DNA of 64,000 nucleotides. Origin: the human T2T-CHM13v2.0 reference genome, Homo sapiens. The translations under genes and the position numbers were made by a program. The notes beneath the pieces are model-generated. The model worked only from the letters and a program-made list of their open reading frames with translations, did not search any database and had not been told where the DNA came from. The stretch is taken from the NCBI RefSeq assembly GCF_009914755.1, contig NC_060925.1. One strand, 5' to 3'. Below, piece by piece: positions 12,661 to 28,287 of the stretch (its first letter is position 1; every line of letters begins with the position of its first letter).

Positions 12661-13534
12661 TTAATTTAGAAAAATCAAGGGATGCATTCTGCCCCTCTCC
12701 TTGTGAAAACAGTCAACAGGAAAGAAGCAGGAACAGGGAGAGGGTACCTCTGACTTGTTGCCTGGGTGCACAGCACTTGAAGGTACTTCCTGGAGGGCTA
12801 TTCTGGAGCAGGTGTGGCACTCAAAGCAGATTCAGATCCAAGCTGGTAGGGTTTGGCAGTCAAGGTGTGGGATAAACCCAGGGGAGGGAGTGGCACATTT
12901 GTATAAAGAAGCTGGGCTATTCAAAGTTGAGGATCTCAACCTTGGCTTGCATATTAGAATAAACTAGAGAATGCTTGAAAGGCACTGACGCTTAGGCTTT
13001 GTCCCCAATCAGTTAAACCAATTGCTGGCTTGGCATTTCTAATAACATCCCCAGCTGACATTAATATACACCAAGGATGGAAGGCCAAGAATCCAAAGAG
13101 GCAGGAACAGTATTAGAAAGTATCCCAATGAGATTGGTGATTTGATAATTAAGGAAAATTAGGTCAGATCAAAGCACATCTTTTTTGTCTCAGGGTTAAA
13201 AGCATTTGGAACAATTTCCCTGTCCTTCCACTAAATTTTGTCTTGGTTCCTCCCAGAGTTCCAAACAGAACAGGTCACTGGTTAGTTGGCCCATAGGGGA
13301 AGACATTTTTTGCATCTGAATTTGGAGGCTGGGGTGGCCAAGAATATGAATATCATGCACTTCACTCAACAGTCACCGCTAGAGTCTTACTGTTCCTCTG
13401 AAGACCATCCCTTCTCATTGGTCAAGTGCCAAGATGAGCTACAATCTATGAGGCAGCTCTGCTTAGTTCTGACTAAATAAGATTTGGAAATTCTTTGTAT
13501 TTGTGTCTCTGCCTCTTCGTTATGAGGCTAGATT

Positions 13535-13745
13535 CTAGCTCCTCAAAATACAGTAGTTAGACCAGCATCATCAACATCACCTGGGAGTAGAAATGGACCA
13601 TGTCTTAACCCTAAGACAAAGAAGACATGCTTTGTTCTGACCTAGTTTTCCTTTAGTATACCACTGCCAATCTGCTAAATCCAAATCTGTATTCTAACAG
13701 GATCTCGGGGTTTTCATATGCACACTAAATTTGGAGAAACACTGA
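13535..13745. mobile_element. MER5A MITE carrying an internal insertion
   Basis: gaccagcatcatcaacatcacctgggag...aaatctgtattctaacaggatctc...ttcatatgcacactaaatttggagaaacactg. Confidence 0.6.
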
Positions 13746-13749
13746 TGTA

Positions 13750-13952
13750 GACCAACACTATCCAATAAACCTTCTGCCATGATGGAAATACGTTATATTT
13801 TCACACTTCAGTGCAGTAGCCACTGGCCACATCTGACCATTGAGCATTTCAAATGTGGCTCATGTGACTGAGGAACTGAATTTTAAACTTTATTTAATTA
13901 TAATTGTATTAAATTTAAATAGCCAATATGGGTAATGGCTACCATATTGGCT
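13750..13952. mobile_element. MER3 hAT-Charlie MITE
   Basis: ctatccaataaaccttctgccatgatggaaat...gtagccactggccacat...gtgactgaggaactgaattttaa...ggctaccatattgg. Confidence 0.85.
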
Positions 13953-14289
13953 CCAGATCTTTCTAAAATTTGGCTCCATTCTTACCTCCCCAGTGAACCA
14001 CCTGCATTATGGTTGCTTGTCTTTCAAAATTAAAAAGTGAAAATACTGTCCTCTGTTTAGAGACTATAGACTCTTCAACTGGATGCAGAGTATGGAGCTA
14101 TAGTATGAGAGGAGTGGTCTTTGTTCTCACTCTCCCGCACTTCCTTTTCACCCCAAATGAGTTCACCTTAAGCTTAGGCCAGCAAGACAGTACATAATTA
14201 TGAATGTAAAACTCTATTTGAGGAAGTGAAGCAAAAATGTTTATATGAAGGAAAAGGGCATTTTAAAGAGCTTTAGAGATGAAGAATGA

Positions 14290-14600
14290 TAATGTATTAA
14301 ATCTTCTCTGTGTTCCAGAGAATAATATATATAAATTCCTTATATATATTATTTCATTTAATCCTCCCAATGAGAGCTCAGGGATTTTTGTCTTTTTGTT
14401 TCACTGATAACTCCCGAGGGCTGGCAACAGTGAGTGGCACATTGTAGGTGCTCAAGGACTACCATTGAATCTCATCCCCATTTTATAGATAATAAAGTTG
14501 AGGCAAACGGTGGTTAAGTAATTTGCTTGAGATTATAGAGTGGTAGAGCCAGGCTTGAAGACCCTATGGTGGGGGTTCCAGATTCCATCTTAGCCCCATG
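14290..14600 (-). mobile_element. MIR with a short + strand L2 3' end inserted (~14372-14470)
   Basis: atttcatttaatcctccc | tgagagctcagggatttttgtc...ggcacattgtaggtgctcaa | catccccattttatagat...gttaagtaatttgc. Confidence 0.6.
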
Positions 14601-14774
14601 CATGAACAGCTAACTTATTTCACTACATTAATAAACAATGGCCCTGCTGCTTGTTTCTCTGAATTCATCTATGCTACCTGAGGCAGGGCAAAGTCTAGAT
14701 ATAAAGAAGCTTGATTTAAAAATAATTTGTCGAGGGCCAGCCATTTGCCCTGCTCCAGGAAAGCAATGGTGTAG

Positions 14775-14900
14775 AGCAGCAACTTTTCTTAGCCTTTAAT
14801 GTGCTTAGGAATCTCCTGGGGATTTTGTTAAAATACAGATTCTGATTCAATAGATCTGGACTGAGGTCTGAGACCCTGCGTTTCTAACAAGCTTTCTGGT
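14775..14900. mobile_element. MER5A MITE
   Basis: aggaatctcctggggattttgttaaaatacagattctgattcaatagatctgg...ctgcgtttctaacaagc. Confidence 0.8.
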
Positions 14901-15482
14901 CCAAGAATTGCAGCTGGAAAGTGAATAGCACAGCCCTGCTCTCAGGAAGCTCACAGTCCAGGAGGGAAGCAGATGAAGGAATTCATGGTGAAATTGCAGA
15001 GTGGTAATTGCTTGGATAGGATACAGTGGGTTCTGTGGGGGATCATGGAGGAACAGCCAGATGGGGGAAGTGACATCCAAACCGAAACTTGAAACAGGGC
15101 TGGAGGAGAGACAGGTGAAGAGAGTAAGGGAAGCCTGGTCCAGGAAGAAGCAACAGCATAGACAAAGAATGGGAAGGTAAAACTAGGATGGGGCATCTGG
15201 GGACATGAAAACCGTCTTGACATCCTATCAAGAACCTGCTTCTCCTAAGGTAAACACTTTATCCAAAGGACAGCATATCGTATTTCAAACTTTGCCTTTT
15301 CTTGGCTGCAGGCTGGAGCCCAGTTCACCTGCAGACAAACAGCCTCCTCTGAATCCCATGCTCAAAGCACCGCTTGGTTCTCGTTTATATTTCTGATTTT
15401 CCTTTTGATGTCTGGAATCCTTTGCCCACTGCTCCTCAGCCCCATGCGATGCGCTGGCTTCCCTTGGAAGCCTAATGAGGCA

Positions 15483-15496
15483 GTTGCCATGGTAAC
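15483..15496. promoter_or_regulatory. RFX X-box palindrome GTTGCCATGGTAAC
   Basis: 13/14 match to GTTGCCATGGCAAC, in repeat-free sequence next to a TAAT cluster. Confidence 0.65.
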
Positions 15497-16920
15497 CGGG
15501 TGACATCCCTGTAGCTGATGCTAATGCCATAGCTCCCTAAACCCCATGCCTCTTTCTTTCTGTTTGGTAAATTAATAACATTTAAATTAAACATATTAAT
15601 TTCATGTCAATTAATTTGTATGTTAAGTTGCATGCCGGCTTCTGCCCCCCCGCCACCTCCCAACACCCATTAATTAACTCCAGCCAAATTAGGAGCACAT
15701 CAGAGAAGGTTGCAATAGCTTCTAGCAAACTATAATTACAATACTGTGTTCCTACATAGAAAGTAATCAATGTCAAAATAATTGCTTTTCACAGGTCTAC
15801 AGTCAGCTGTCTCATCATATAGTTAACTTACAGTTATAACCATTTACATATTAAAAAATAAAAAATGTAGCCAAAATATTGGAGGGACAAGCAGTGGCTG
15901 CCAATACAATGACTTGTGTTTAATGTTTCCCTTTTCTCAATCGATATTTTTGTTATTGTTTTCTTTGACATGCAGCATCTCTCTCTAAGGCTGGTGATGA
16001 TGCCACCTACAACTTTGCCAGGCTGGTTTCAGGAATTGCAGTTTCCAAGAGGGTTAGTCATAGAGAAGAGTCATTGGGCATGCCAGTGGGTTTATCTGGT
16101 TCCAAATGAGCCAACTTTTGCCTTTCTTTATTCTGTCTTTGTAGAGATGGTGGGAAAACTGGTTCCTCCAAAAGAGATTATGTTCCCAGAATCTGCTCCT
16201 CACTGGTGAGGCATGCCTGCTGCCAAGCTTAGTGTGAGCCTTGCTAATCTTATTGGAGTAGCTTCTGTCCCCCCAAACTCTGCACAGCTTTTTAGCACTT
16301 AGTAGCCTCTTTCTTCAAGCTTTGGGGTGCAGCTCTTTATTTATGGTAAAAACTGGTGTCTGGGAAACTGTACGTAGGTGAGTGTTGCTGGCTCGTTTCT
16401 TCATTCTGGCAGGAAGTAGAGTTGATGGAAGGTTGATGGGTATGCACAGACTTCTACAAATGATCCAGCGTCATGCTTTTCAAATTGGGCGTGACAGAAA
16501 CCTGCTCATATTGTAGCCTGAGATGTGATGCATTGTATCCTGGTAGATCCTGGAGCTCGAATTTGTCTACTATCTAATCACCTCCTCATGCATAACCAGC
16601 CAGCCAGCCGGATGTTAACAAAGTGCATTTCTATCACATACTCACCTCTGCGTTAGGCTCTGGGAATTGAGAGGGGAGCTAGGGAAGTCTGTCCACAGCC
16701 CAGCTGGGTTAGAGCTGAGACACGACCAGCTCCTATCTTTATCTTTTTTAAAAAATTCAAGATCAATACAGGTTTATCATTTCTGCTCTTCATTTATGAA
16801 GACCTCTTTTGACTTTTTACATTCCTTAAGGACATTTATCTCTCAATGTCAAATACGTCCATTGTAAAAGCTAGCTCCTGTCCATAGTTTCAAAAGGTTT
16901 GCCTTTAAATGTGAAAGAAA

Positions 16921-18754
<1,834 letters not shown>

Positions 18755-18794
18755 TAAATGTGAAAGAAAGAGAAAAAATTGGCAATGTACACAG

Positions 18795-18796
<2 letters not shown>

Positions 18797-18838
<42 letters not shown>
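18797..18838. repeat. (CA)~21 microsatellite
   Basis: Direct read. Confidence 0.97.
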
Positions 18839-18839
<1 letters not shown>

Positions 18840-19816
18840 AATCTATCCATTTCCCTCAAGTTACAACCTCTTTGCCAGCTTGGACAGATGGATGTTTATT
18901 AGCAGGGTAAAGAATTGCAAGAATGGAGGCTTCCACAAGTTACTAACGACTTAAGGACAGGGTGCTAAAATAAAATGACTTTGCAGGTTTTACAAGTATA
19001 AGGGGGAACTGCCTGTTTTATGTGCACAGGAAAATGGAATTTACACCTTCCCTTAAACCAGCAACTATGTCTCTTGACCCAGCAACTGCTGCACCATAGG
19101 CATTTAATGAATATTTATTTTAAGGTCATGAATTTCTTTATGTCTTTATACAAGCCTATAATCTGTTTTGTGCCCACGGTTTCTCCTGACTTGAAAATAG
19201 ATGTAATACCGTCCTTCCTTAGAAGTTGGTTGAAGGGTCAATATAGGACATCCATGCACCACCAACCTGTAGTACTAATATTTGGAGATTTGACTGTTAT
19301 TTACTTATAAGCTAGTTGCAATTAACAGGCATTTATTTCATATAGTGACTTTTGGAGGCACATGAAAAGGTATGTCCAAATACCATGTGAATATCAACAA
19401 TTCAGACTTCAATAGGGACCCACATTAATATAATTATATACAAAAAATGATTAGTAGTACAGGCAGGATTCCCAGAACAAATAATTTTTGTTTCCTTCCC
19501 ATGTCATAAGGATTCAGGAGCTAATTCCTACAAATTGGCTAGCTACCCAGATGAAGGATGCTTGCTGAAGATGTTGCGGGCAACCAGCACTGATTTAATT
19601 CGTTGCTCCATGTAGACAGAGAATGGTTCTCCTTGTTATAGAAATGCTTGGGGAAGTTGTTGCTTTGGCCTTGTTGAATTTTCAAGGAAAATGAAAAGAT
19701 ATGTTTTAGGACATTCACCATTTCCTCCTATGAATGAGAGGCAGAAGCTTCCTGCTTTTATTCAGTTCTGTTGCTGGCTAGATTCTTGCCACAGGATTTG
19801 AAAATAATGGAGTTGG

Positions 19817-19830
19817 GTTGTCATGGCAAC
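19817..19830. promoter_or_regulatory. RFX X-box palindrome GTTGTCATGGCAAC
   Basis: 13/14 match to the X-box consensus, in unique sequence. Confidence 0.55.
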
Positions 19831-20359
19831 ACATCCCACGTTGTAATTTTGATATTTTGACCAATTCTTTGACGCTACTTTTATCTCATGAATTGCTTAA
19901 AGTTTCTTGAGACTCTGCTTCAAGGGCAGGAGGATTGACAGCATTCGATTCAGATGAAGAAACAGGTATTCAGTTTGCTTTCCTTCCTGGACATTGTATG
20001 AAGTGGAATTCTGGAGTTTGTGTGCTTGAGAGAAAAACCCAAAGAAACTTGCTTTTCTTGTTAACAAAACCATCTTCATACCCTTAACATCTGCCTGAAT
20101 TGCTGGGACAAACTGTTTTTTGCCCAAACAAAATAATTCCCCAAATTGGTAACTTGAATGTTACGTCTGGATGGCTGGCTGGCTGTTAAAAGATCATCCA
20201 TACCCTCTCTTCTCTTCCTTCCCCAAACTTGGTACTTCTGCTGGGGTCTCCCCACCAACCTCAGAAAACAACTTCCCATCCCCTGGCTACCCAATTCTTC
20301 TTGGACTCCTCCCTTCTGATCTGTTTAATGGGTCAGGGAACCCAATTATTTCTCATAAC

Positions 20360-20620
20360 AATAAGCAACACTTGCTGTTTGCTTTGTGTTAGACACTGTT
20401 CTAAGTGCATTACATGCATTAACAAACTTAACTTTGACATCAACCAACACTGTGAGGTCGGTAGCATTCCTTATTATCTTCAAGATACAGACAGGAAAAC
20501 TGAGGCATCAGAAGGTAGAATTACTTGCTCCAGGTCACATGAACAGGGATGGCAGAGTTAGAGTTCCAATCCAGATTGGCTGGCCCCAGAGCCTGTGCCC
20601 TTAACCACTGTACCCTGCAG
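20360..20620 (-). mobile_element. MIR SINE, near full length
   Basis: tgtgttagacactgttctaagtgc...acaggaaaactgaggc...ggccccagagcctgtgcccttaaccactg. Confidence 0.8.
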
Positions 20621-20629
20621 CCTATCTCA

Positions 20630-20930
20630 GAGCCTTCTCCTTACCTGTAGAATCCACCAACCTCTGTCTGTCCCAACACCTCTGCTTTGACCTAGACCTC
20701 TATTGTCTCTTGCTGAAATGACTGCAGCAGGTTCCTGACTTTTTCCTCTCTCTCAGTCTGGTGTTTCCCATCCATTCTGCATGCAGCTACCAGAGTGATT
20801 GTTCTGAATTTCCAACATAGTTACACCCCTCCCATCCTGGCTCAGCTCTTCCAATGGACTGTCAATGCCTTCAAGGGTGTATTCTACCTTCTTAACGTGT
20901 GTAACTCCTGTGTGTTCTGACCCCTGCTTA
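20630..20930 (+). mobile_element. L2 LINE fragment
   Basis: tccattctgcatgcagctaccagagtgattgttctgaa...ctcttccaatgg, typical of L2. Confidence 0.55.
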
Positions 20931-23612
20931 AAATGATAATGAAAATCACTATGATCTTGGTAATGATGAGAGCTGGCATTACTAAGCATACACTAAGTGC
21001 CAGAGGTACTGCAGGAATCATCTCATTACATTCTCCCAACATCCCTGATTGAGGCTGGAGAGGCTTCAGATGATGGCAGTGTGAGTCCAGGCCCTGGACT
21101 CTTCACCAGCGACCCTGATTCCTGTGCCCTCTGCACCCTGGTCTTACTGAGCAACTTGCAGGGTCAAGCATTTTCTCACCTCTGGGCCTCTGCCCTGCTC
21201 CTCTGTCTGCCTAACCCTGTACTTGGCACAAAAAGACATTTGTTGAAGGAATGGAAGAACTTCACAGAAGATGCCACATTGTTTGGAATCCTTTTCTGCT
21301 ACTAATGCAGCAGACAAGAATCAAACCCAGTAAAACCAGGAAAAGCCAAAGGAGAAGCCAGTGATGAGGAAGTTTGACAGCCAGCATGACCTGAGAGGAG
21401 GAGAGAAACCAGGGTGGGCAAGGATAGCACTCAGGAGCCACAAGTAAGCAATTTGGTTTTGTCTCCAGTTGGAGAGGTGACACTAGAAATAGACAGCAAA
21501 GTGACTGGCAAGGTCAGAGTCAAACGAGGAGGCTCTGAATGCCACAGTCATGGGATGGGGGCTGCTGAGGTTCCTGGAGACAGTAAGGCAGCATCATTGA
21601 TACTGAGAACTTTCTTCCTTCCCACTTATTGAATCTCAGACATTGCCGTCTCCTGGCTGCGCAAGTGCCAAGCTATACCCTAGGGACAGGGCTGCAAGCA
21701 CAGGCTTTTGCAAAACCTTGCTTAAGAACTTGTGACTTTATTTTGTAAGCTATGTTCAGCCACTGGAAGGTTATTGAAAGTGAGGAAGGTGTGCTCACTC
21801 CTTCTTATCTTGCTGCTTCTTAGGAATGGGACAGAAATGAAACCTTTGGAGCCACACAAGGCTCCCCAATCTATGGTGAAGTTTAAGTGTTTGCCCAATT
21901 ACTGCAGCCACTACAAAACTTCTAGAAGCCCATGTCAAGCAAAGCAAGTGAAATGGGAATCGAATCTTTTCCTAGAAAAACAGGTTCTCTCCACTTCTTC
22001 CATCCTCAAACACATGCAAAGGAGGCTCAGAATTTGTAAAGGGAAGGAAACCTGGGAAGCAGCATTTAATTCTGTGTTAATCCAGTCCATGCTTCCCTGG
22101 AGCTGAGACCAGCAGACTGGCACATCTTCCAGGCAAGACAGGACAGTCAAAGGGAATGTATGTGGAAACGTCTAGCCTGGAACAATGTTGGGCGCAGCAA
22201 GGCTGTTGTGCCTTTGATTGCTGAACTGAGTTATTACCTATACTAAGAATGTCATCTAAATGTAAATCTCCGCTATGGGTAATAGATAAATGTTCCTTTT
22301 TACCTTGATTTTTCAAACAGCCTGTATCAGGTGGCTATACATAATGGCAAATCTAGACCTGGATCCATACCACAAAAGAAAAAGAAGTGTTCATTATCAC
22401 AGCCAATTTAGATGTAGTAGGATACAAGCTGGTGTTTCCTTTTAGCTGTTTTTTTTTTCTGTGCCTTTGCAAAGACTTTGCAAGGGTCTCCAGGAGACAT
22501 CCTCCGGTGAGGCTGTTTACAAGAGTCCTGTTTGGCCAGGGCAGAATTGGTTAATTTTAATATTGCATCATTAAGGGAAGTGATTTCTTTTTCATGGGGC
22601 CAAATTGGATTAATTATATGCACACAGTATATATTTAACAAATGGCATAATTCAAAGGTGTCGAGCTGGGTCACGCACAATTTAGTTCTTTGTTTTTCAA
22701 GTGAACAAGGCGTTTGCCATTTGCACCCTCAATTAAATGTGCTAGGTTTGAAAATTCTAGTGGCCATTAATGTTCCTTGATGGGCTTCAGTGCATTTATG
22801 ATCTCCCCCACTAGATTATACACATAGTGCAACAGATGACCACAGGCAGAGTTAAAACATAACCAGAAGAGAGAGTTCATGGTTCGTTGGGTGCACTTAG
22901 TGCCTGATCAGAATGCAAAGCACCATCAATCCAATCCAATGATTCCTTGATTATCAGTGGGCTCTGTGTAATCAAGGAATGAGGCCTGGCTCAGCTGCCC
23001 TTTCTTCACTCGGTAAAGACTGGTGGGAAGTATTGAGCCCTGAAGGCAGAGGTGGCTTCCGAGGAACTGCAGAGAGCTCTTAGTGGGCCGCTTGCAGTGA
23101 TGGGGGAAGATTCTGCGCTCCCAGCCTGGCAGAGGCAGCATGATAAAACTCTCATTTGATGTGATTCCAGGTGAGAGGTGACAAAAAGGCAGCATTCCTC
23201 AGTTTGGCATTCCCTTTTCCCAACACAAAACAGCAAAAGAAGGTGTCTTCTTTTGTTCATTCTATAGCAACATCGGGAGGCATAGCCTCATTGTCCTGTC
23301 AGGTCTCACCAGAACTTAACCTGGTAGGAAGGGCAGATAGGCAGATTAATCCACTACAATGTGATGGGGAGATCCGTGGTTGCCGCAGTGGAATTGCGTT
23401 GTGATTGACAAAAAGTTGCAGTAGATACCAGTTGAGGATGTACGATTTCTCTAGTGGTGAAGGCTCCAGTTTTATAAAACAGGAAATAACAGTGTTCCTA
23501 GATGGAGGGAAGGCTTCCCAGAGTCCCCAGATAACCCCTGGGGACATATAGCTAAAGATGAATCACCTGCCTAAAGCAAGCATTTGCCCAGGTGTGAGAA
23601 GTTTCTTTTGCC

Positions 23613-23945
23613 TTTTTTTCTTCTTTTTTTTTTTTTCTGAGACAGGTCCTCATTCTGTCTCCCAGGCTGGAGTGCAGTTGTGTGATCTCAGTTCACTGCA
23701 ACCTCTGCCTCCTGGGCTCAAGCAATCCTCCCAGATCCTCCCACCTCAGCCCCTCAAGTAGCTGGGACTACAGGCATGAGTGGCATGAGTCACCAAGCCT
23801 GGATAATTTTTGTATTTTTTTTTTTTTGTAGAGATGGGGTTTCCCATGTTGCTCAGGCTGGTCTTGAATTCCTGACCTCAGGTGATCTGCCCGCCTCGGC
23901 CTCCCAAAGTGCTGGGATTACAGGTGTGAGCCACCATACCTTGCC
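23613..23945 (-). mobile_element. AluJb/S SINE
   Basis: PolyT, tgagacagg...ctcaagcaatcctccc...ctcccaaagtgctgggattacagg; carries small internal tandem duplications. Confidence 0.95.
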
Positions 23946-24693
23946 TGTTTTGCCATTCCTGTAGGGGTTTTTGGATTCTGTTATCTCCCTACTCCCTCAA
24001 CTAGAGTTTCTGGTTATATGTCTGCCCACTCTTCAATTGCAAATGTCTTTTAAGAAAAAAAGAAGTCTTCAATATATTTATTGTGAGGTGGAGAAAATCA
24101 TTTCCTAGGATTATCCCTTGGCAGGCTCAGGCTTCAGGCTGAGGTAAATACAAAGGTCTTAGGAAATGAGAGAGTCTGAAAAGGCTTTATAGAGGAGGTA
24201 TCATTTGAGCTGGGTTTTGAAGCATGAAGAGAAGTTTTCTAGGCAAACTGTGGAAGGCAGGAGCATCCCTGGCAGGGGGAACAGCACATGCAAAAGAGAG
24301 GAGGCACAAAAGTGCACCTTTTGAACAGGCTGGAGTTTCTCATGGTAGCTGAGGAAGCTGAGCTGAGCAAGGAGGTTTCTCTTCCAACATGGCCCAAGAC
24401 ATGTGGGGACTTCAGCAGTTTTGGGTGGGAGGAAGGAGGCTGGGATGGGTAAGACCTTTATTGGGAGATGCTAACTCAGTTCTGGAGGCCAAATCATGTG
24501 GCTGTTCAGGCTTCGTTTAATTCAGGCAATGCCTCAGTGAGGGGAATGTCTTCATGTTCTGCACAGGCCGGGTGAAGGTGTTATTCCATGGTTGGGCAGG
24601 ACCCTTTCCACAAATTAACCTAAAATTTGCATGTTGAACTCTTTTTGAGAAAATTATAAATGTTGCAGAAAATTTAGAAAGTGCAATAAAATA

Positions 24694-24860
24694 GGCACAT
24701 TGGCTTGTCCATGTAGCCCCAGCTACTCAGGGGACTGAGGCAGGAGGATCACTTGATCCCAGGAGTATGAGGCTGCAGTGAGCTATGATTGCACCTGCAC
24801 TCCAGCCTGGATGACAGAGTGAGACTCTGTCAAACAGAATGGAAAGTAGAATAGAATAGG
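24694..24860 (+). mobile_element. Alu monomer (FRAM/AluJ right arm)
   Basis: cccagctactcagg...aggaggatcacttga...gaggctgcagtgagctatgatt...gagactctgtc. Confidence 0.85.
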
Positions 24861-24902
24861 AGTAAAACAGGTATTTAAATCACCTAGAACCCGATCATCT
24901 AG

Positions 24903-25247
<345 letters not shown>

Positions 25248-26174
25248 TGGAGTCTATTTATATACACACATTTTCTGAACAAAAATGGGATCACATAGGG
25301 TGGGATTATTTTATAGCCCACTTTTTCCACTGAATACATCATAGACCTCTCTCCATGCCAGTAAATACAGTTCTACAATACTAGTTTTAATGGCTACATG
25401 GCAGTTCCTTGTTAAGATGCATGATCATTTATTTATCCAGCTGCCTATTGCTAGACATTCCATTTGCATGACAGGCTGCCCTCTCCGTTTGCCCTTACTC
25501 AAAGTGTTTGCCTCTTACCTCTCTAAATTCACCTAAAGCTATCCCCTACCAGTGTAGAAACAGCATTTCTGATGCTTTCGTATAAAGCGGAGAAATCTCT
25601 GCACTGACTCTTGTCTGAAGCTATTCTTCCTTTCTGTTGATTCTGTCTTACCTCCCTTGTTGGTCAGTGGAGGAATAGGGACCAAATTTAGAACCCTGAG
25701 TCCTGATGTGCACAGCCCAGCTCCTCAGGCAGCAGCTATCGTGTGGCTTGCGGGGAGAAAGAACCTTTGATTTAGAAGTATCTGTTCCTCTCCTCCAGCT
25801 GTTTTCAAGAACTCCAGCACAGAAGCAGCTGTCAGCATGTCACAGTAAATTTGGCTTGGTGGCAGCCTGGTCACAAATAAGCTGCCTACATCATGAAGAA
25901 ATGGGGTTCAATTAAGCCTCTGAAGTCTCCCAGCCGTGCTGCCTGAGTTGGTTTCTTCATTTGTGTCCACACCCTGCAGACTTTGGCTGAGTAGAATAGT
26001 GTTTCTGCACCAGTGGGTTTGTTTAGGCTGCTCTCTAATGGGCCCATGCTTTACTAAAAGCCTAGGACGCATTGCTTGCCTGCACTGGTGCATATGTAGA
26101 ACCCTGAAAGCTTTGGGTTTTAGGGGGTGAGAGGCTGGCTACCTGCAAAGCTTAAGGAAGGGATTAAATTCACT

Positions 26175-26730
26175 CAACCACCCACCTGTCCATCCATCCA
26201 TCTGTCCACCCATCTATTCATCCATTCATCCATCCATCCACTTATTTATTCGTTCAGTAATGTTTGTTGGGCACCTCCTATATGCCAGGCTCTGTTTTAG
26301 GCACCTAGGACCCTCAGTGAACAAAAGTGACAAGCAATACTCTATGAGCACAAGTAAGTTACATAGTATTTAGAAGGTACTAAAGGATATGAGTAAAGCA
26401 GAGCAGGAAAGGGATCTGGGGGTCTGGGTGGGGCAGGTGCAGTTGTGATTTTAAGTAGGGTGGTGAGGTCAGACATCATTGAGAAGTTAACCCTTGAGGG
26501 ATGATTCGGAGAGTGAAGAAGTTAGCCATATGGTTCTCTGGAGGGAGAAAGTTGCAGACAAAGGGAGCCCCCAGGTCAAAGGCCTTATGCAGGAACATCC
26601 TGCACATTTAAAGGACAGCACCTGGGACAGGTGACCTCGGAAGAATAAGCTTGGGGGAGAGCAAAAGGAAATGAGGTCTGAGGGCAGGGCTCCAGGTTGC
26701 CCTCCTTTTCAATATACCTTTCACTGTAGG
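26175..26730 (-). mobile_element. L2 3' end with a (TCCA)n tail
   Basis: ccatccatcc...tttgttgggcacctcctatatgccaggc...gtggtgaggtcagac...gttagccatatgg. Confidence 0.7.
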
Positions 26731-27018
26731 ACTGCAATTGGGTCATGAAAGTGGGATGCTGGGAGCTGAGCGACAACCATAGACACCAGTGCCTTCCTCC
26801 CTGGGCTCCACTGAAGAGAGTCCTCGGGAGGGGTGCAGGGTCTCTGACTTTCAAAGGACACAGGAAACCTTGCCTTAGGTCATACCTGTGATGAAGCTGC
26901 AGGGGGTTCAGGAATCCATGGAAGCAGTGCAAAGCGAAGCATGGAGTTGAAAATGAGATAAATAGATTTGGGTGTGAATCCGTTTTTCCAATTCCCTTTA
27001 CAAATAACTCACTCTCTA

Positions 27019-27364
<346 letters not shown>

Positions 27365-28204
27365 TTAAAGTAATAGCTATTTGAGAACAACGTATCTAAC
27401 CCTGAAATTAAGTTGCCTGCTTCCAGACAAGATGGTAAATTGCAGAGCCAAGACTTCCACTCTCTACGTCTGCCTCCACGGTCTCCCTATGAGCTGCCCT
27501 CTTATCAAGGCATACAGCAAGGACCAAGTCAACCAATAAAGTGTTTGAAAGAGGCTGGCAAATTGTCAAGTGCTGTATCGATGCACTTTGTCATTGTTAT
27601 TAAAGATGGGACTTGGGGTTAAGTTCTGAGACGACCCTAACATCTAGCAATGCAAGATTGTCCACATGAGTCGGCAGTGGGCTTTGAGTGACAGCTGAAA
27701 ATTCTGCTGCTGAAGGTCACGGTAGAGCTTGGCAGGGCTGAGCATGGTTAATAGATTTGATCATCATGTTTTATATTTAAAACTTTTATTTACACAGTAT
27801 AGTTTAGCAATCGCTGCTGCCTGAGCATTTTACTAATTGATTTATGTTAACTTCCATGCATGCTGTTGATCAATATAAACAGCCTTGTAGTGTTGCATCC
27901 TTGGAGATTTAGAGAAAACCCTGACATTCATGCACTCAGTATGCTGGGCGACCTCTCCAGCCCTCTTCCACAGGGGAAAGGAGCACAGATAACTGTGGAT
28001 TATCTAGATTTTTCTACATTGCCATGTGTGCCTGTTTCCAATCAATTCCAATAGACAAGCTTGTACAGCAAATCTTTTTTAACATCAAATTGCTAGCAAC
28101 GATACTGACATGCATATCACCCTTAGGCTGGGGATTTTTATGAAAACGTTAGATAAATCTTACTTGGGTAATAAATTCATCTGGCTGAACTTGGTGGAAA
28201 AGGA

Positions 28205-28287
28205 TGTGTGTGTGCACGTGTGTGTGTGTGCACGTGTGTGTGTGTGCACGTGTGTGTGTGTGAGAGAGAGAGAGAGACAGAGAGAGG
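28205..28287. repeat. Compound (TG)n/(AG)n microsatellite with three CACGTG interruptions at a 16-bp period
   Basis: CACGTG at 28215, 28231 and 28247. Confidence 0.95.

Noticed and set aside
16288-16377. Plus-strand 90-nt pseudo-exon (gcacag|...TAG|GTGAGT) and other isolated GTAAG donors (39709, 56569, 60158)
   Set aside because: Such sites are expected by chance in 64 kb, and there is no recognisable peptide or other supporting architecture.
28205-28287. Regularly spaced repeats as a CRISPR-like array
   Set aside because: The spacers are plain TG repeats with no unique content, and the context is primate DNA.
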